From Nitrososphaera viennensis EN76 (GTDB lineage Archaea; Thermoproteota; Nitrososphaeria; Nitrososphaerales; Nitrososphaeraceae): a stretch of 32,000 nucleotides of DNA. Below the pieces are notes generated by a model that was given only the letters and a program-made list of their open reading frames with translations, did not search any database and had not been told where the DNA came from. A program made the translations under genes and the position numbers. The DNA is taken from the NCBI RefSeq assembly GCF_000698785.1, contig NZ_CP007536.1, positions 2,280,001 through 2,312,000 on the forward strand, given 5' to 3'. Below, piece by piece: positions 24,296 through 32,000 of this stretch (positions are counted from its first letter, which is position 1; each line of letters starts with the position of its first letter).

Positions 24296-24922
24296 ATGGA
24301 CATGGAAAGAAACATGCAATCAACAATTAACATCCTCGGCGTGGCAGGCAGCATGCGCTCTGGCTCGTACAGCACCGAGGCGCTGAAAATGGCGCTAGAG
24401 CTTGCCAAAAAGCACGGCGCAGAGGTGCGCCTGCTTGATCTGAGCAAAACAGTATTGCCGCTGCGTGACCCAAGCGCGCCAGCGTCAGAGCAGGTTGAAG
24501 CGGCGGCCAAGGCAGTAGCCTGGGCTGATGCGCTCATACTTGCTTCGCCGGATTATCACGGCTCGATGTCCGGTACAATCAAAAATTTCCTAGATCACTT
24601 TTACAAAGAGTTTGCCGGCAAGCTCTTTGGCTATATTGTGGCATCGCATGAAAAAGGCTTGACTGCAATGGACCAGATGCGCACTGCGGTGCGCCAGTGC
24701 TGTGGATGGAGCATGCCTTATGGCGTTTCAATAAATGGCGAGCAGGATTTTGCAAACGGTCAGATCGCAAACGCAGAAGTGTCAAGGCGCCTAGAGATGA
24801 TGTCCCGCGACTTGGTGGTATATGGCAGGCTGATGAGGGGGCAGTTTGCCCGCGACCTTGGGTCAAGCGAGCCATACACGTTTGCGGCCCACTACCGGGT
24901 TTTGCTAAAATCAGCAAGTTGA
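24296..24922 (+). CDS. NAD(P)H-dependent FMN reductase family oxidoreductase
   Basis: NILGVAGSMRSGSYS...ADALILASPDYHGSMSGTIKNFLDH is the flavodoxin-like FMN_red pattern. Confidence 0.85.
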   Translation: MDMERNMQSTINILGVAGSMRSGSYSTEALKMALELAKKHGAEVRLLDLSKTVLPLRDPSAPASEQVEAAAKAVAWADALILASPDYHGSMSGTIKNFLDHFYKEFAGKLFGYIVASHEKGLTAMDQMRTAVRQCCGWSMPYGVSINGEQDFANGQIANAEVSRRLEMMSRDLVVYGRLMRGQFARDLGSSEPYTFAAHYRVLLKSAS

Positions 24923-24923
24923 T

Positions 24924-24943
24924 ATATAACCAAACAGTTATAT
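24924..24943. promoter_or_regulatory. 7-6-7 inverted repeat overlapping the TATA box of arsR
   Basis: ATATAAC-caaaca-GTTATAT. The proximal half-site ends exactly 24 nt before the ATG at 24967, the same half-sites and spacing as at 24253-24272. Confidence 0.5.
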
Positions 24944-24966
24944 AGCTTAATAGCCATACAACGGGC

Positions 24967-25287
24967 ATGGATACGTTCTCTGCCGTGGCCGACCCGACTC
25001 GAAGGGCCATGCTGGATATGCTCATAGAGCACGAGCTCTCTGCAGGCGATATTGTCAGTGCATTTCCAAAGATTAGTCAGCCTGCGGTGTCAAAACACCT
25101 GCGAGTGCTCAGGGACGCAGGTCTTGTAAGCATGCGAGTCCATGCTCAGCAGAGAATCTATAGCCTCCAGCCAAAAGGTCTGGCGGAACTTGACGCCTGG
25201 ATAGCCAAGTACAAGGTCTTCTGGCCTGAGCGCCTAGACGCGCTGGAGGCGCATCTATCCAAAAAAGAAAAGAGTGAAAAGAAATGA
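24967..25287 (+). CDS. ArsR/SmtB family transcriptional regulator
   Basis: DPTRRAMLDMLIEHELSAGDIVSAFPKISQPAVSKHLRVLRDAGLV is the canonical ArsR wHTH. Confidence 0.9.
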   Translation: MDTFSAVADPTRRAMLDMLIEHELSAGDIVSAFPKISQPAVSKHLRVLRDAGLVSMRVHAQQRIYSLQPKGLAELDAWIAKYKVFWPERLDALEAHLSKKEKSEKK

Positions 25288-25826
25288 AGAATGTAAAATC
25301 AAATGATGCAAACAACCAAAATGGAACGGTGACTATCGAAGGCGACTATGCGACCCTCAAGTTCGAACGCCGGCTTGCTCATCCAAGAGAGGTAGTCTGG
25401 AAAGCCATTACAGATCCAAAAGAATTAGCCGCATGGTTTAACACCAAAGCAATTATCGACGGGCGCAACGGAGGCACCATAGACTTTATCAGCGCGCCGG
25501 CAGGATTTCATACGACAGGGCGCATTCTAGTCTGGGATCCACCGCGCGTTTTTGAGCATGAATGGCACATTGCTCCTCACCCAGACTTGCCAAACGGTGA
25601 ACCTGAGGCCGTCATACGCTGGGAACTGGCGCGGGATGGCGATTCAAACACGATCCTTACCGTGACGCACAGCCGCCTTACCAAATCTACGGGCCTTGGT
25701 TTCGCTCCGGGCATGCATGCCTTTCTGGACCGCCTTGCGGCTCTGCTCGATCACAGGGTGCCGCCGGACTGGATGGAGCGGTACGCAGCCGTCCAAGGAT
25801 CTTATCCCTCTTGGCAAGCACGATGA
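25284..25826 (+). CDS. SRPBCC superfamily protein (Aha1/AHSA1-like)
   Basis: FERRLAHPREVVWKAITDPKELAAWF... matches the Aha1-type SRPBCC N-terminus. It overlaps arsR at ATGA, a common ArsR-SRPBCC pairing. Confidence 0.8.
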   Translation: MKNVKSNDANNQNGTVTIEGDYATLKFERRLAHPREVVWKAITDPKELAAWFNTKAIIDGRNGGTIDFISAPAGFHTTGRILVWDPPRVFEHEWHIAPHPDLPNGEPEAVIRWELARDGDSNTILTVTHSRLTKSTGLGFAPGMHAFLDRLAALLDHRVPPDWMERYAAVQGSYPSWQAR

Positions 25827-25977
25827 CTTTATCGTGACGTCAAAGAAAAAGCGGCATACGCATGATATGTATGCATCAGTTGAGGTGCAATGCACCTTAC
25901 GTCTCCTTTTCTTTTTCTATTATGATGCCTCTACTAGTCTGACTGCATTTTGTTGTGCAATAAAATAATTAGCATTA

Positions 25978-26361
25978 TTACTTGTGCCTGCCAGCCGCGT
26001 GCTCGGCCATGCACTCTCGTGAGCAGAATTCCAGCTCGCAACTTTCGCTTGCGCACGGCACCGGCTCGTGGCCGAACTTTTTGTTGCAGTAGGTGCACCT
26101 CGATTCAAGCCCGGGATAGTTGCGGTTCATGTACGGCCCGCAGTTGCGCTTTTCCCGGAACCACAACACCTCCAGGTTCATCTTTTCTGCGTGCGTCAGC
26201 ACCGTGTCGTACGCCTCGTAGTAGCCGGGAGCATAGAACTGCCGTACAAACGTCGAGCCTTCTGGGCCCCTGCCTGAAGGCTTCCTGAATGCGGCAAGCC
26301 ACTTTTCAGCAGGGACGTCGCCCTCGCCTGCAAGCCTGTCCTTTTTCTTCTTCCTTATCAT
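25978..26361 (-). CDS. Hypothetical protein with a C-terminal HIT/MYND-like cross-brace zinc finger
   Basis: The C-terminus CTYCNKKFGHEPVPCASESCELEFCSRECMAEHAAGRHK has the spacing C-x2-C-x10-C-x4-C-x4-C-x3-C-x3-H-x4-H. The start ATG overlaps the glyS stop (TAATG). Confidence 0.6.
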   Translation of the reverse strand: MIRKKKKDRLAGEGDVPAEKWLAAFRKPSGRGPEGSTFVRQFYAPGYYEAYDTVLTHAEKMNLEVLWFREKRNCGPYMNRNYPGLESRCTYCNKKFGHEPVPCASESCELEFCSRECMAEHAAGRHK

Positions 26362-27842
26362 TACTTGATCTGAAGCGAAGCGCGCATAAAGCCTGCAAGC
26401 TCGCCCGTCTTGACCCTCTCTTGCTGCATGCTGTCGCGGTGGCGCACGGTGACCGTGTCGTCCTGCATCGTCTGGGGGTCGACCGTGATGGCAAAGGGCG
26501 CGCCGACCTCTTCAAGCCGCCTGTAGCGCCTGCCTATCGAGCCGGACTCGTCGTAAAAAGTGTCAAAGTCGAGTTTCAGCTCTGAATGTATCTTGCGGGC
26601 CTTCTCTCCGAGGCCGTCCTTGGTCATGAGCGGGAGGACGCCTACCAGCACCGGCGCAAGGTACGGCTTTAGCTTCAGGACTGCCCTCGTCTCCTCCTTT
26701 ACCTGCTCCTCGTAGTACGAATGCTCCAGGATGGTGTAGAGGCTCCTGTCGATTCCCATCGAGAGCTCAAAGACGTGCGGGAGGACCTTCTGCTGGTCTG
26801 CCGGGTCTACAACTTCGAGTTTCTGCTTGCTTGTACCAGCGTGCCCCTTGAGGTCATAGTCCGAGCGGTAGTTGCACGCGACAAGCTCAAGCCAGCCGGT
26901 GCTAGTCTGCACCTCAAAGTCAAACGCGACAGAGGCGTAGAACGCCTTTTCATCGTCGGAGAGCCGGCGGAACCTGCTCTTTGTGGTGTCAATCCCTGTC
27001 TTTTCATAGAATTCTGTTAGGAGCGCAAGGTAGTACGCGACCAGCTTGTTTGGCACAAGGCCCTTTGCGATCGCTTCTTCTGCAGTCACTGCAGTTATTC
27101 CGGAATCGCCGTCCTTGAACAGGCGCAGCGTGGCGCCCTTTACTTCGTCAAAGCGCGGCATGTCGTCAAGCTTTGCCGGGTTGCAAAACACCTCGATTTC
27201 TGCCTGGTAGAACTCGCGCAGCCTCAGGAGGGACTGCCTTGGAGCTATCTCGTTGCGAAAGCTCTTGCCAACCTGCGCTATCCCAAGAGGCAGCCGGCCG
27301 CGCATGGTCTTGAATACCCTGCTGAAATCGACAAATATCGTCTGGCACGTCTCGGGGCGCAGGTACGCCTCTTCTGCAGCCGGGCCGATGCCTACCCGAA
27401 ACATCATGTTGAACCTGCTGACGTTGCCAAGCTCGCCTTTGCAGTTCTGGCATTTCAGCCCGTGCTTTTTTATGAGCGCGTCAATGTCCTCGTTTGACAG
27501 CCTTTCAGGCACGCGCTCGCCGGTCTTTTCCTCGATAAAGCGGTCTGCGCGGAAAATAGAGCCGCATTTCGTGCACTTTACTATCGGGTCGGTGAAATTG
27601 CCTAGGTGGCCCGACGCGACAAAGACGCTCTTGCTCATTATCTGGCAGCCGTCTATCTCCATCATGCCGTCGCGCCTTACAAGCTCGCGTCTCCAAAGCT
27701 CGATGAACTTGTTCTTCATGGAGGCTCCGGTGGGCCCGTACTCCCAGAACCCCGCCGGCGCGTCGGAATAAATCTCGCAACTTGGAAAGTAAAAGCCGCG
27801 CTCAAGGGCCAGCTTCATGACCTTGTCGTAACTGTTTGACAT
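26361..27842 (-). CDS. glyS: Glycine--tRNA ligase (archaeal/eukaryotic alpha2 type)
   Basis: ERGFYFPSCEIYSDAPAGFWEYGPTG, FRNEIAPRQSLLRLREFYQAEIE (class II motif 2 region) and GIDRSLY (motif 3 region). The ATG at 27842 is preferred over the TTG at 27899, and a TTTAAAG box lies about 30 nt upstream. Confidence 0.93.
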   Translation of the reverse strand: MSNSYDKVMKLALERGFYFPSCEIYSDAPAGFWEYGPTGASMKNKFIELWRRELVRRDGMMEIDGCQIMSKSVFVASGHLGNFTDPIVKCTKCGSIFRADRFIEEKTGERVPERLSNEDIDALIKKHGLKCQNCKGELGNVSRFNMMFRVGIGPAAEEAYLRPETCQTIFVDFSRVFKTMRGRLPLGIAQVGKSFRNEIAPRQSLLRLREFYQAEIEVFCNPAKLDDMPRFDEVKGATLRLFKDGDSGITAVTAEEAIAKGLVPNKLVAYYLALLTEFYEKTGIDTTKSRFRRLSDDEKAFYASVAFDFEVQTSTGWLELVACNYRSDYDLKGHAGTSKQKLEVVDPADQQKVLPHVFELSMGIDRSLYTILEHSYYEEQVKEETRAVLKLKPYLAPVLVGVLPLMTKDGLGEKARKIHSELKLDFDTFYDESGSIGRRYRRLEEVGAPFAITVDPQTMQDDTVTVRHRDSMQQERVKTGELAGFMRASLQIK

Positions 27843-27942
27843 TGACAAACGGAAAGCAAACGGCGCTTTACAGGCTTTAAATCTATTCCCAGCCGACAAC
27901 GCATAACAATTTATCTCGGTCAGCTAGTCACCAATGTGCTAA

Positions 27943-29118
27943 TTGAAGGTCTCTGACAGGACGCACGGCGTCGAGTATGCCATCCGCGACATTACTGCCT
28001 ATGCAAACAAGTTCAGGGCGCAGGGAAAAGAGATCATCTACCTGAACATAGGCGACCCTGTAAAATTCGACTTTCCCACGCCGGAGCACATCAAGCGTGC
28101 CCTGATCGACGCGGTGAGCAAGAACGAGAACTATTACGCCGACTCGGAAGGTCTGCCGGAGCTTAGGAAGGCGATAGTCGAAAAAGAGTCGGAAAAGGGC
28201 CTTGACGTGACGGAGGACGACGTCATTGTCACAAACGGCGTGTCGGAGGGCCTCGACATGGCGCTTGCGTCAATCGTGGACCCAAACAGCGAGGTCCTCA
28301 TGCCCGGCCCGTATTACCCTCCCTATTCGTCGTACGTAAAGTTCTACGGCGGCAAGCCGGTCGAGTTCCGCCTGCACGAAGACGGCAGGCCGGACCTCGA
28401 AGACCTGCGCAAGAAAATCACTCCTCGTTCTAGAGCGCTTTGCATCATCAGCCCGAACAACCCCACCGGGGAGGTTTTCGACAGGAAGAGCCTGCAGCAG
28501 CTTATCGATATTGCGACAGAGCACGACCTCTATGTCATCTGCGACGAGATCTATGACAAGATAACTTTTGATTCGACATTCACCGGCATAGGCAAGGTGG
28601 CCAAGGACGCGCCGGTCGTGCTGTTGAACGGGTTTTCCAAGGCGTACCTGATGACAGGGTGGCGCTGCGGATACATCTGCATGAACAGCAGCTCCCGCAA
28701 GCTGGACCAGTTCCGGGAAGACGTGCCCAAGCTTGCGCGCGTGAGGATAGCGACAAACCTGCCTGTGCAGATTGCGGCTGTTCAGGCCCTCCGGGGACCG
28801 CAGGACCACATCCCTGTCATGGTGGAAAAACTGCGCAAGAGGCGCGACCTCGTGGTCAAGCGCCTCAACGGCATGGGCATCCAGTGCAGGCTGCCGAGGG
28901 GCGCGTTCTATGCGTTCCCCAGGATAGAGCTAGGAAGCAGGTGGAAGGACGACAAGCAGTTTGTCATCGAGCTTTTGAATGGCACCGGCGTGCTCACCGT
29001 GCACGGCTCAGGCTTTGGCGTCTCTTATGGCTCGGGGCATTTCCGCATAGTGTACCTGCCGCCAGAAGACGTGCTTGAAAGGGCAATGGACAAGCTTGAA
29101 AAATTCGTAAAGAGCTAA
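27943..29118 (+). CDS. PLP-dependent class I/II aminotransferase (alanine/aspartate aminotransferase-like)
   Basis: The PLP-lysine context NGFSKAYLMTGWRCGY, together with SPNNPTG and the YADSEGLPELR motif. TTG start. Confidence 0.88.
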   Translation: MKVSDRTHGVEYAIRDITAYANKFRAQGKEIIYLNIGDPVKFDFPTPEHIKRALIDAVSKNENYYADSEGLPELRKAIVEKESEKGLDVTEDDVIVTNGVSEGLDMALASIVDPNSEVLMPGPYYPPYSSYVKFYGGKPVEFRLHEDGRPDLEDLRKKITPRSRALCIISPNNPTGEVFDRKSLQQLIDIATEHDLYVICDEIYDKITFDSTFTGIGKVAKDAPVVLLNGFSKAYLMTGWRCGYICMNSSSRKLDQFREDVPKLARVRIATNLPVQIAAVQALRGPQDHIPVMVEKLRKRRDLVVKRLNGMGIQCRLPRGAFYAFPRIELGSRWKDDKQFVIELLNGTGVLTVHGSGFGVSYGSGHFRIVYLPPEDVLERAMDKLEKFVKS

Positions 29119-29122
29119 CTAG

Positions 29123-29560
29123 CTAGTTTTCCGGTATAACGCCTTCGCCCGTGAACAGCTTTTTCGCCTCGTCCACCGGCAGGTCGGCGCTCGGCAGGAT
29201 GATGTCTGACCTTACAATCTCTCCGGGTTCTACTGCCTTGCCGTACTTTATCGTGATCTGGTTGAGCTCGGCAAGTTTCTTTTTGAAACCTGCATCGTCT
29301 GCCTTTTCGCTTGCGACCATTTCAACAAGCTCGCTGTCGATGTCGTTAAGGCGCTTGAGCGTCCGTGCGTCGACCGTGAACTGGCCGTGGCCCATTATGC
29401 GCACGACTTTTTTCGTAGCCGGCGCTGCCTTGGCTTTCTTGGGGCGGGACTTGTGCGCGAGTCGAATGATTTTTTTTGCATGCCTTGGCTTGCTGCTCTT
29501 TGCGACGGCCTTGGCCCTCTTGCGCGCCTTGGCCTTCGCCTTGGTCATCTTCTTTTTCAT
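29123..29560 (-). CDS. PspAA-like (PspA-associated) domain protein with a Lys/Ala-rich N-terminal tail
   Basis: The C-terminal roughly 95 aa are VVRIMGHGQFTVDARTLKRLNDIDSELV...SDIILPSADLPVDEAKKLFTGEGVIP. This matches the RIMGEGQ...LN.lD...SD.ILP.aD...E....eGlIP consensus I recall for PspAA. The N-terminal roughly 50 aa are KAKAKARKRAKAVAK...KKAKAAPATKK. Confidence 0.55.
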   Translation of the reverse strand: MKKKMTKAKAKARKRAKAVAKSSKPRHAKKIIRLAHKSRPKKAKAAPATKKVVRIMGHGQFTVDARTLKRLNDIDSELVEMVASEKADDAGFKKKLAELNQITIKYGKAVEPGEIVRSDIILPSADLPVDEAKKLFTGEGVIPEN

Positions 29561-29728
29561 TGTATGGCTTCTGATAGTATTGTTTCATATGCACTCCGAC
29601 TTTAACTTTGCTAATTCTATCTCAATATTGCAATGTATTGTAATTTTTTTGCATTTCTCTCATGATTTCTTTATTAATCGAGGCTACCGGAAGCAAATAC
29701 AATCGGCAATTGACGTATTTTACTATAT

Positions 29729-30022
29729 TTACCTGTTGGACCTGCGCCACTCATGCTCGTCCGGCGGGCCGTGGTCCTCTTTTTTTCTGTAATAGCCCCA
29801 GAAGAGAAGGATCCCTCCGCCTATCGCCATGGCGATTACAAACTTTTCATTGTTTATCTCGGCATTGACAAAGTTGTCCAGGTAGAATCCGAACGTGTAT
29901 GCGGTGGATATGAGAAACAGGTCGCGCAGCGCGATTATTGCAGCGGCAATGAGAAAGAGTATTCCCATGGCAGTCATCCAGTTGCGACCTCGGCGCGTTC
30001 TTTCTTCTTTCCACCGGCCCAT
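29729..30022 (-). CDS. Small membrane protein (2-3 TM)
   Basis: 97 aa with hydrophobic segments MTAMGILFLIAAAIIAL and FVIAMAIGGGILLFWGYY and charged termini. It lies between the F420 reductase gene and the PspAA-like gene on the same strand. Confidence 0.5.
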   Translation of the reverse strand: MGRWKEERTRRGRNWMTAMGILFLIAAAIIALRDLFLISTAYTFGFYLDNFVNAEINNEKFVIAMAIGGGILLFWGYYRKKEDHGPPDEHEWRRSNR

Positions 30023-30048
30023 GACTCTGCCTCCAGCCCCTGTGTGTG

Positions 30049-30732
30049 CTATGTCAGCCTGACGCCGGGGTTCTTCATCTTGTTGCGCTTTGCCGCATTG
30101 AGGAGCATCGGGGTGAGCACCTCTGCCTGGTACGTGAGCGAAAGCGGGCCCAGGTACACTGGGCGCAGGCCAGTCACTTCAGACGCAAGCTCGCTCAGTT
30201 TTGCGACAACGTCCGGGTCGTCGCCGCAGACAAACGTGTCTGAGTCAAGGCTGAGATTGACGTTCTTTAGCTTCATTTCAGATATGGTGTGAAAAGCAGA
30301 CACCACGCGGGACCTTGGGGCCATCTTGTCTGCAACCCACTCCCCGGCGGTCTTTTTGCCCTGCTCCAGCAGCGGGATGTAGACAAAGCCGCTGTCAGTC
30401 CTTGTCATCGGGACGATGGGGGAGACTATTATGCAGTCGGGCCTCACCTGCGGGGCGAGCTTGCTGCACGTGTCCTCGATAAACTCGTAAGGTATCGACA
30501 GTATGAGCACGTCGCTGTCCTTTGCAAGCGAAATGTTGTCGTCGCCGGTGATGCTTCCGGCGATGACAGCGTTTGGCCCGTACGCCTGCCTGGCCGCGTT
30601 CATATAGTTTGCAGCCGCCTCCTTGGCCTTCTGGGCCTCCCTGGAGCCCACGATGACGTCGTGCCTGACGCACCACCTCATGGCAAATCCCTCGCCCATG
30701 CCGCCGGTGCCCCCTACGATTCCAATCTTCAT
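30049..30732 (-). CDS. npdG: NADPH-dependent F420 reductase (Fno/NpdG family)
   Basis: MKIGIVGGTGGMGEGFAMRW...VIVGSREAQKAKEAA is the Rossmann N-terminus typical of NpdG. The ATG at 30732 is preferred over the GTG at 30744. Confidence 0.78.
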   Translation of the reverse strand: MKIGIVGGTGGMGEGFAMRWCVRHDVIVGSREAQKAKEAAANYMNAARQAYGPNAVIAGSITGDDNISLAKDSDVLILSIPYEFIEDTCSKLAPQVRPDCIIVSPIVPMTRTDSGFVYIPLLEQGKKTAGEWVADKMAPRSRVVSAFHTISEMKLKNVNLSLDSDTFVCGDDPDVVAKLSELASEVTGLRPVYLGPLSLTYQAEVLTPMLLNAAKRNKMKNPGVRLT

Positions 30733-30913
30733 GGCGACTTTCACGGAAGCTTGCGATATTAACTTTGGGATTTGGCTGCTCCGGTGCAGAGCAAAAAAAA
30801 ATTGCGCGCGCTAGTGTGTGTATGTATAAAAGAAGAGGCAACGGGAATCGCCAGATTCTCTTGCAAACGCGCGCATGAAACAATAATTAACGGCTTTTGA
30901 CTGCACAGAATTC

Positions 30914-31537
30914 GTGCCACTTGTCATCTTTATGCGCCACGGGCAGGCCGACAACAACGTCAACCGTATACTCGTGGGCAGGCACATAGAGTCCCACCTG
31001 ACGGAGCAGGGCAGAAAGCAGGTCGAATACGCGGCAAAGGACCTGAAAAGCGTCCAGATAGACAGGGTGGTGGTATCGCCGGTCATCCGCGCAGTCGAGA
31101 CGGCGGAAATAGTCTGCAAGGAGGTGGGCGCAAGCTACGAAATAGACGAGCGGCTGTACGAGATAGAGCTGGGCAAGCTGGTGGGCATGAACTTTGACGA
31201 AGTGGTGAGCAAGTACGGCAACCTGTTCCTGAAATTCTACGACGAGCACGACCCCGCGCTTGAAAGCTTTGGGGTCGAGTCTTTTACCTCGGTGAAAAAG
31301 CGCGTCAAGAGCCTGCTTGAAGAAGCCGCAGAAAAGCACGTTGACCGCAACATCCTGTGCGTGACGCACCTTGACCCGATAAAGGCCGCGATTTCTACCA
31401 TCCTTGATCTGAACCCGGAGGCGCTCTACCGGTGGCACATACGCAACGCGTCGATGACGATTCTCCGGCAGGACGAAAGGCAGTACTCGCTTTCCGGCGT
31501 CAACGTCATGTCGATGCACCGCTATCCGCACGAGTGA
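30914..31537 (+). CDS. Histidine phosphatase family protein (phosphoglycerate-mutase-like)
   Basis: RHG catalytic motif at the N-terminus (VIFMRHGQADNN), a later VVVSPVIRAVETAE segment, and a CVTH histidine. GTG start. Confidence 0.85.
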   Translation: MPLVIFMRHGQADNNVNRILVGRHIESHLTEQGRKQVEYAAKDLKSVQIDRVVVSPVIRAVETAEIVCKEVGASYEIDERLYEIELGKLVGMNFDEVVSKYGNLFLKFYDEHDPALESFGVESFTSVKKRVKSLLEEAAEKHVDRNILCVTHLDPIKAAISTILDLNPEALYRWHIRNASMTILRQDERQYSLSGVNVMSMHRYPHE

Positions 31538-31591
31538 TTTTCCAAAGCCTTAAATAAGATATGGAAACTTTCTGAAACCAAAGGGACGAGT

Positions 31592-31861
31592 ATGGCATCG
31601 TACAAGTTACTTTTGCTTGCGATTCCCGTGGTCGCTGTGCTGTTCATGGACTTTTCAATCGCGTTTGCACAAGAGTCAGGGCAGTATGTCTACGGCAGGA
31701 TCGAGATCTGGTCACTGTTCTACAGGCTGATGGTAATTGCCTTTGTAATCGGCGCAATTCTGATGGGTGTGATATTCTACGTAGTGTACAGGTTCCGCGA
31801 GTCGCATCCGAAGAACAGGAACTTGCCGGTTAGGTCATCAACGGAGGGTGAGCACCACTAA
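31592..31861 (+). CDS. Small membrane protein (signal/TM plus a TM ending in YRFRE), CoxII N-terminal-like
   Basis: 89 aa. The second helix LMVIAFVIGAILMGVIFYVVYRFRES resembles TM2 plus the basic stop-transfer of heme-copper oxidase subunit II. The stop abuts the next ATG. Confidence 0.5.
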   Translation: MASYKLLLLAIPVVAVLFMDFSIAFAQESGQYVYGRIEIWSLFYRLMVIAFVIGAILMGVIFYVVYRFRESHPKNRNLPVRSSTEGEHH

Positions 31862-32000
31862 ATGGGGCACGCAACAATCGAGTGGGTCTACATTGGCGTG
31901 GTGGTCGCGCTTTTGATCTATGTCGGAGCTGACGCATGGAACATCGAGCGCATACTGGATCATGCCCCGCCAGATTCAAAGATCATCAAGGTCACCGGCC
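31862..32000 (+). CDS. Partial CDS (5' end): TM helix followed by the start of a cupredoxin/cytochrome-oxidase-subunit-II-like domain
   Basis: Hand translation gives MGHATIEWVYIGVVVALLIYVGADAWNIERILDHAPPDSKIIKVTG... The IKVTG segment after a TM helix resembles the first strand of CoxII cupredoxin domains. It is truncated by the window end. Confidence 0.35.
   Translation, partial: MGHATIEWVYIGVVVALLIYVGADAWNIERILDHAPPDSKIIKVTG

Noticed and set aside
30887-31531. A 214-aa minus-strand ORF opposite the histidine phosphatase gene, and the 162-aa and 157-aa ORFs overlapping the F420 reductase gene.
   Set aside because: The plus-strand RHG phosphatase and the minus-strand Rossmann-fold reductase explain these regions. 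The alternatives lack motifs and are Arg/His-rich.

Overview
This window looks like a chromosomal segment from an ammonia-oxidising archaeon of the Nitrososphaera type (Thaumarchaeota group I.1b). That assignment is my inference. It rests on a full-length archaeal AmoA with the linked small amoX ORF, archaeal TFS and RpoL, two PEF-CTERM proteins, and TATA-like boxes 24-27 nt upstream of many start codons. Gene order from left to right:
- A minus-strand kdpA-kdpB-kdpC K+-ATPase operon, followed by a KdpF-like mini-ORF.
- A roughly 560-bp AT-rich non-coding gap.
- tfs and rpoL.
- A visibly AT-richer four-gene cassette of about 2.7 kb (6426-9088), bracketed by 57-bp near-identical hairpin-forming direct repeats.
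- A marR plus 14-TMS MFS pair.
- An AmmeMemoRadiSam-type radical SAM enzyme and tRNA-Pro(UGG).
- amoA and amoX with a PEF-CTERM secreted protein. No amoB or amoC is present in the window.
- Several small Cys/Zn proteins.
- A nucleotide-sugar dehydrogenase and mtnA.
- A DUF59-PqqD fusion coupled to a methyltransferase.
- A winged-helix regulator, a very long bactofilin-like beta-helix protein and an MFS transporter.
- An FMN reductase and an arsR-SRPBCC unit that share a 7-6-7 inverted-repeat promoter element.
- glyS coupled to a HIT/MYND-like zinc-finger protein.
- An aminotransferase, a PspAA-like protein with a Lys/Ala-rich tail, an F420-NADP oxidoreductase, a histidine phosphatase, and the start of a CoxII-like cupredoxin gene.

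I saw no CRISPR array, transposase, integrase or rRNA. All functional calls come from motif recognition by eye, and no searches were run. Many long ORFs in the six-frame track are antisense or alternate-frame shadows of GC-rich genes and were discarded.
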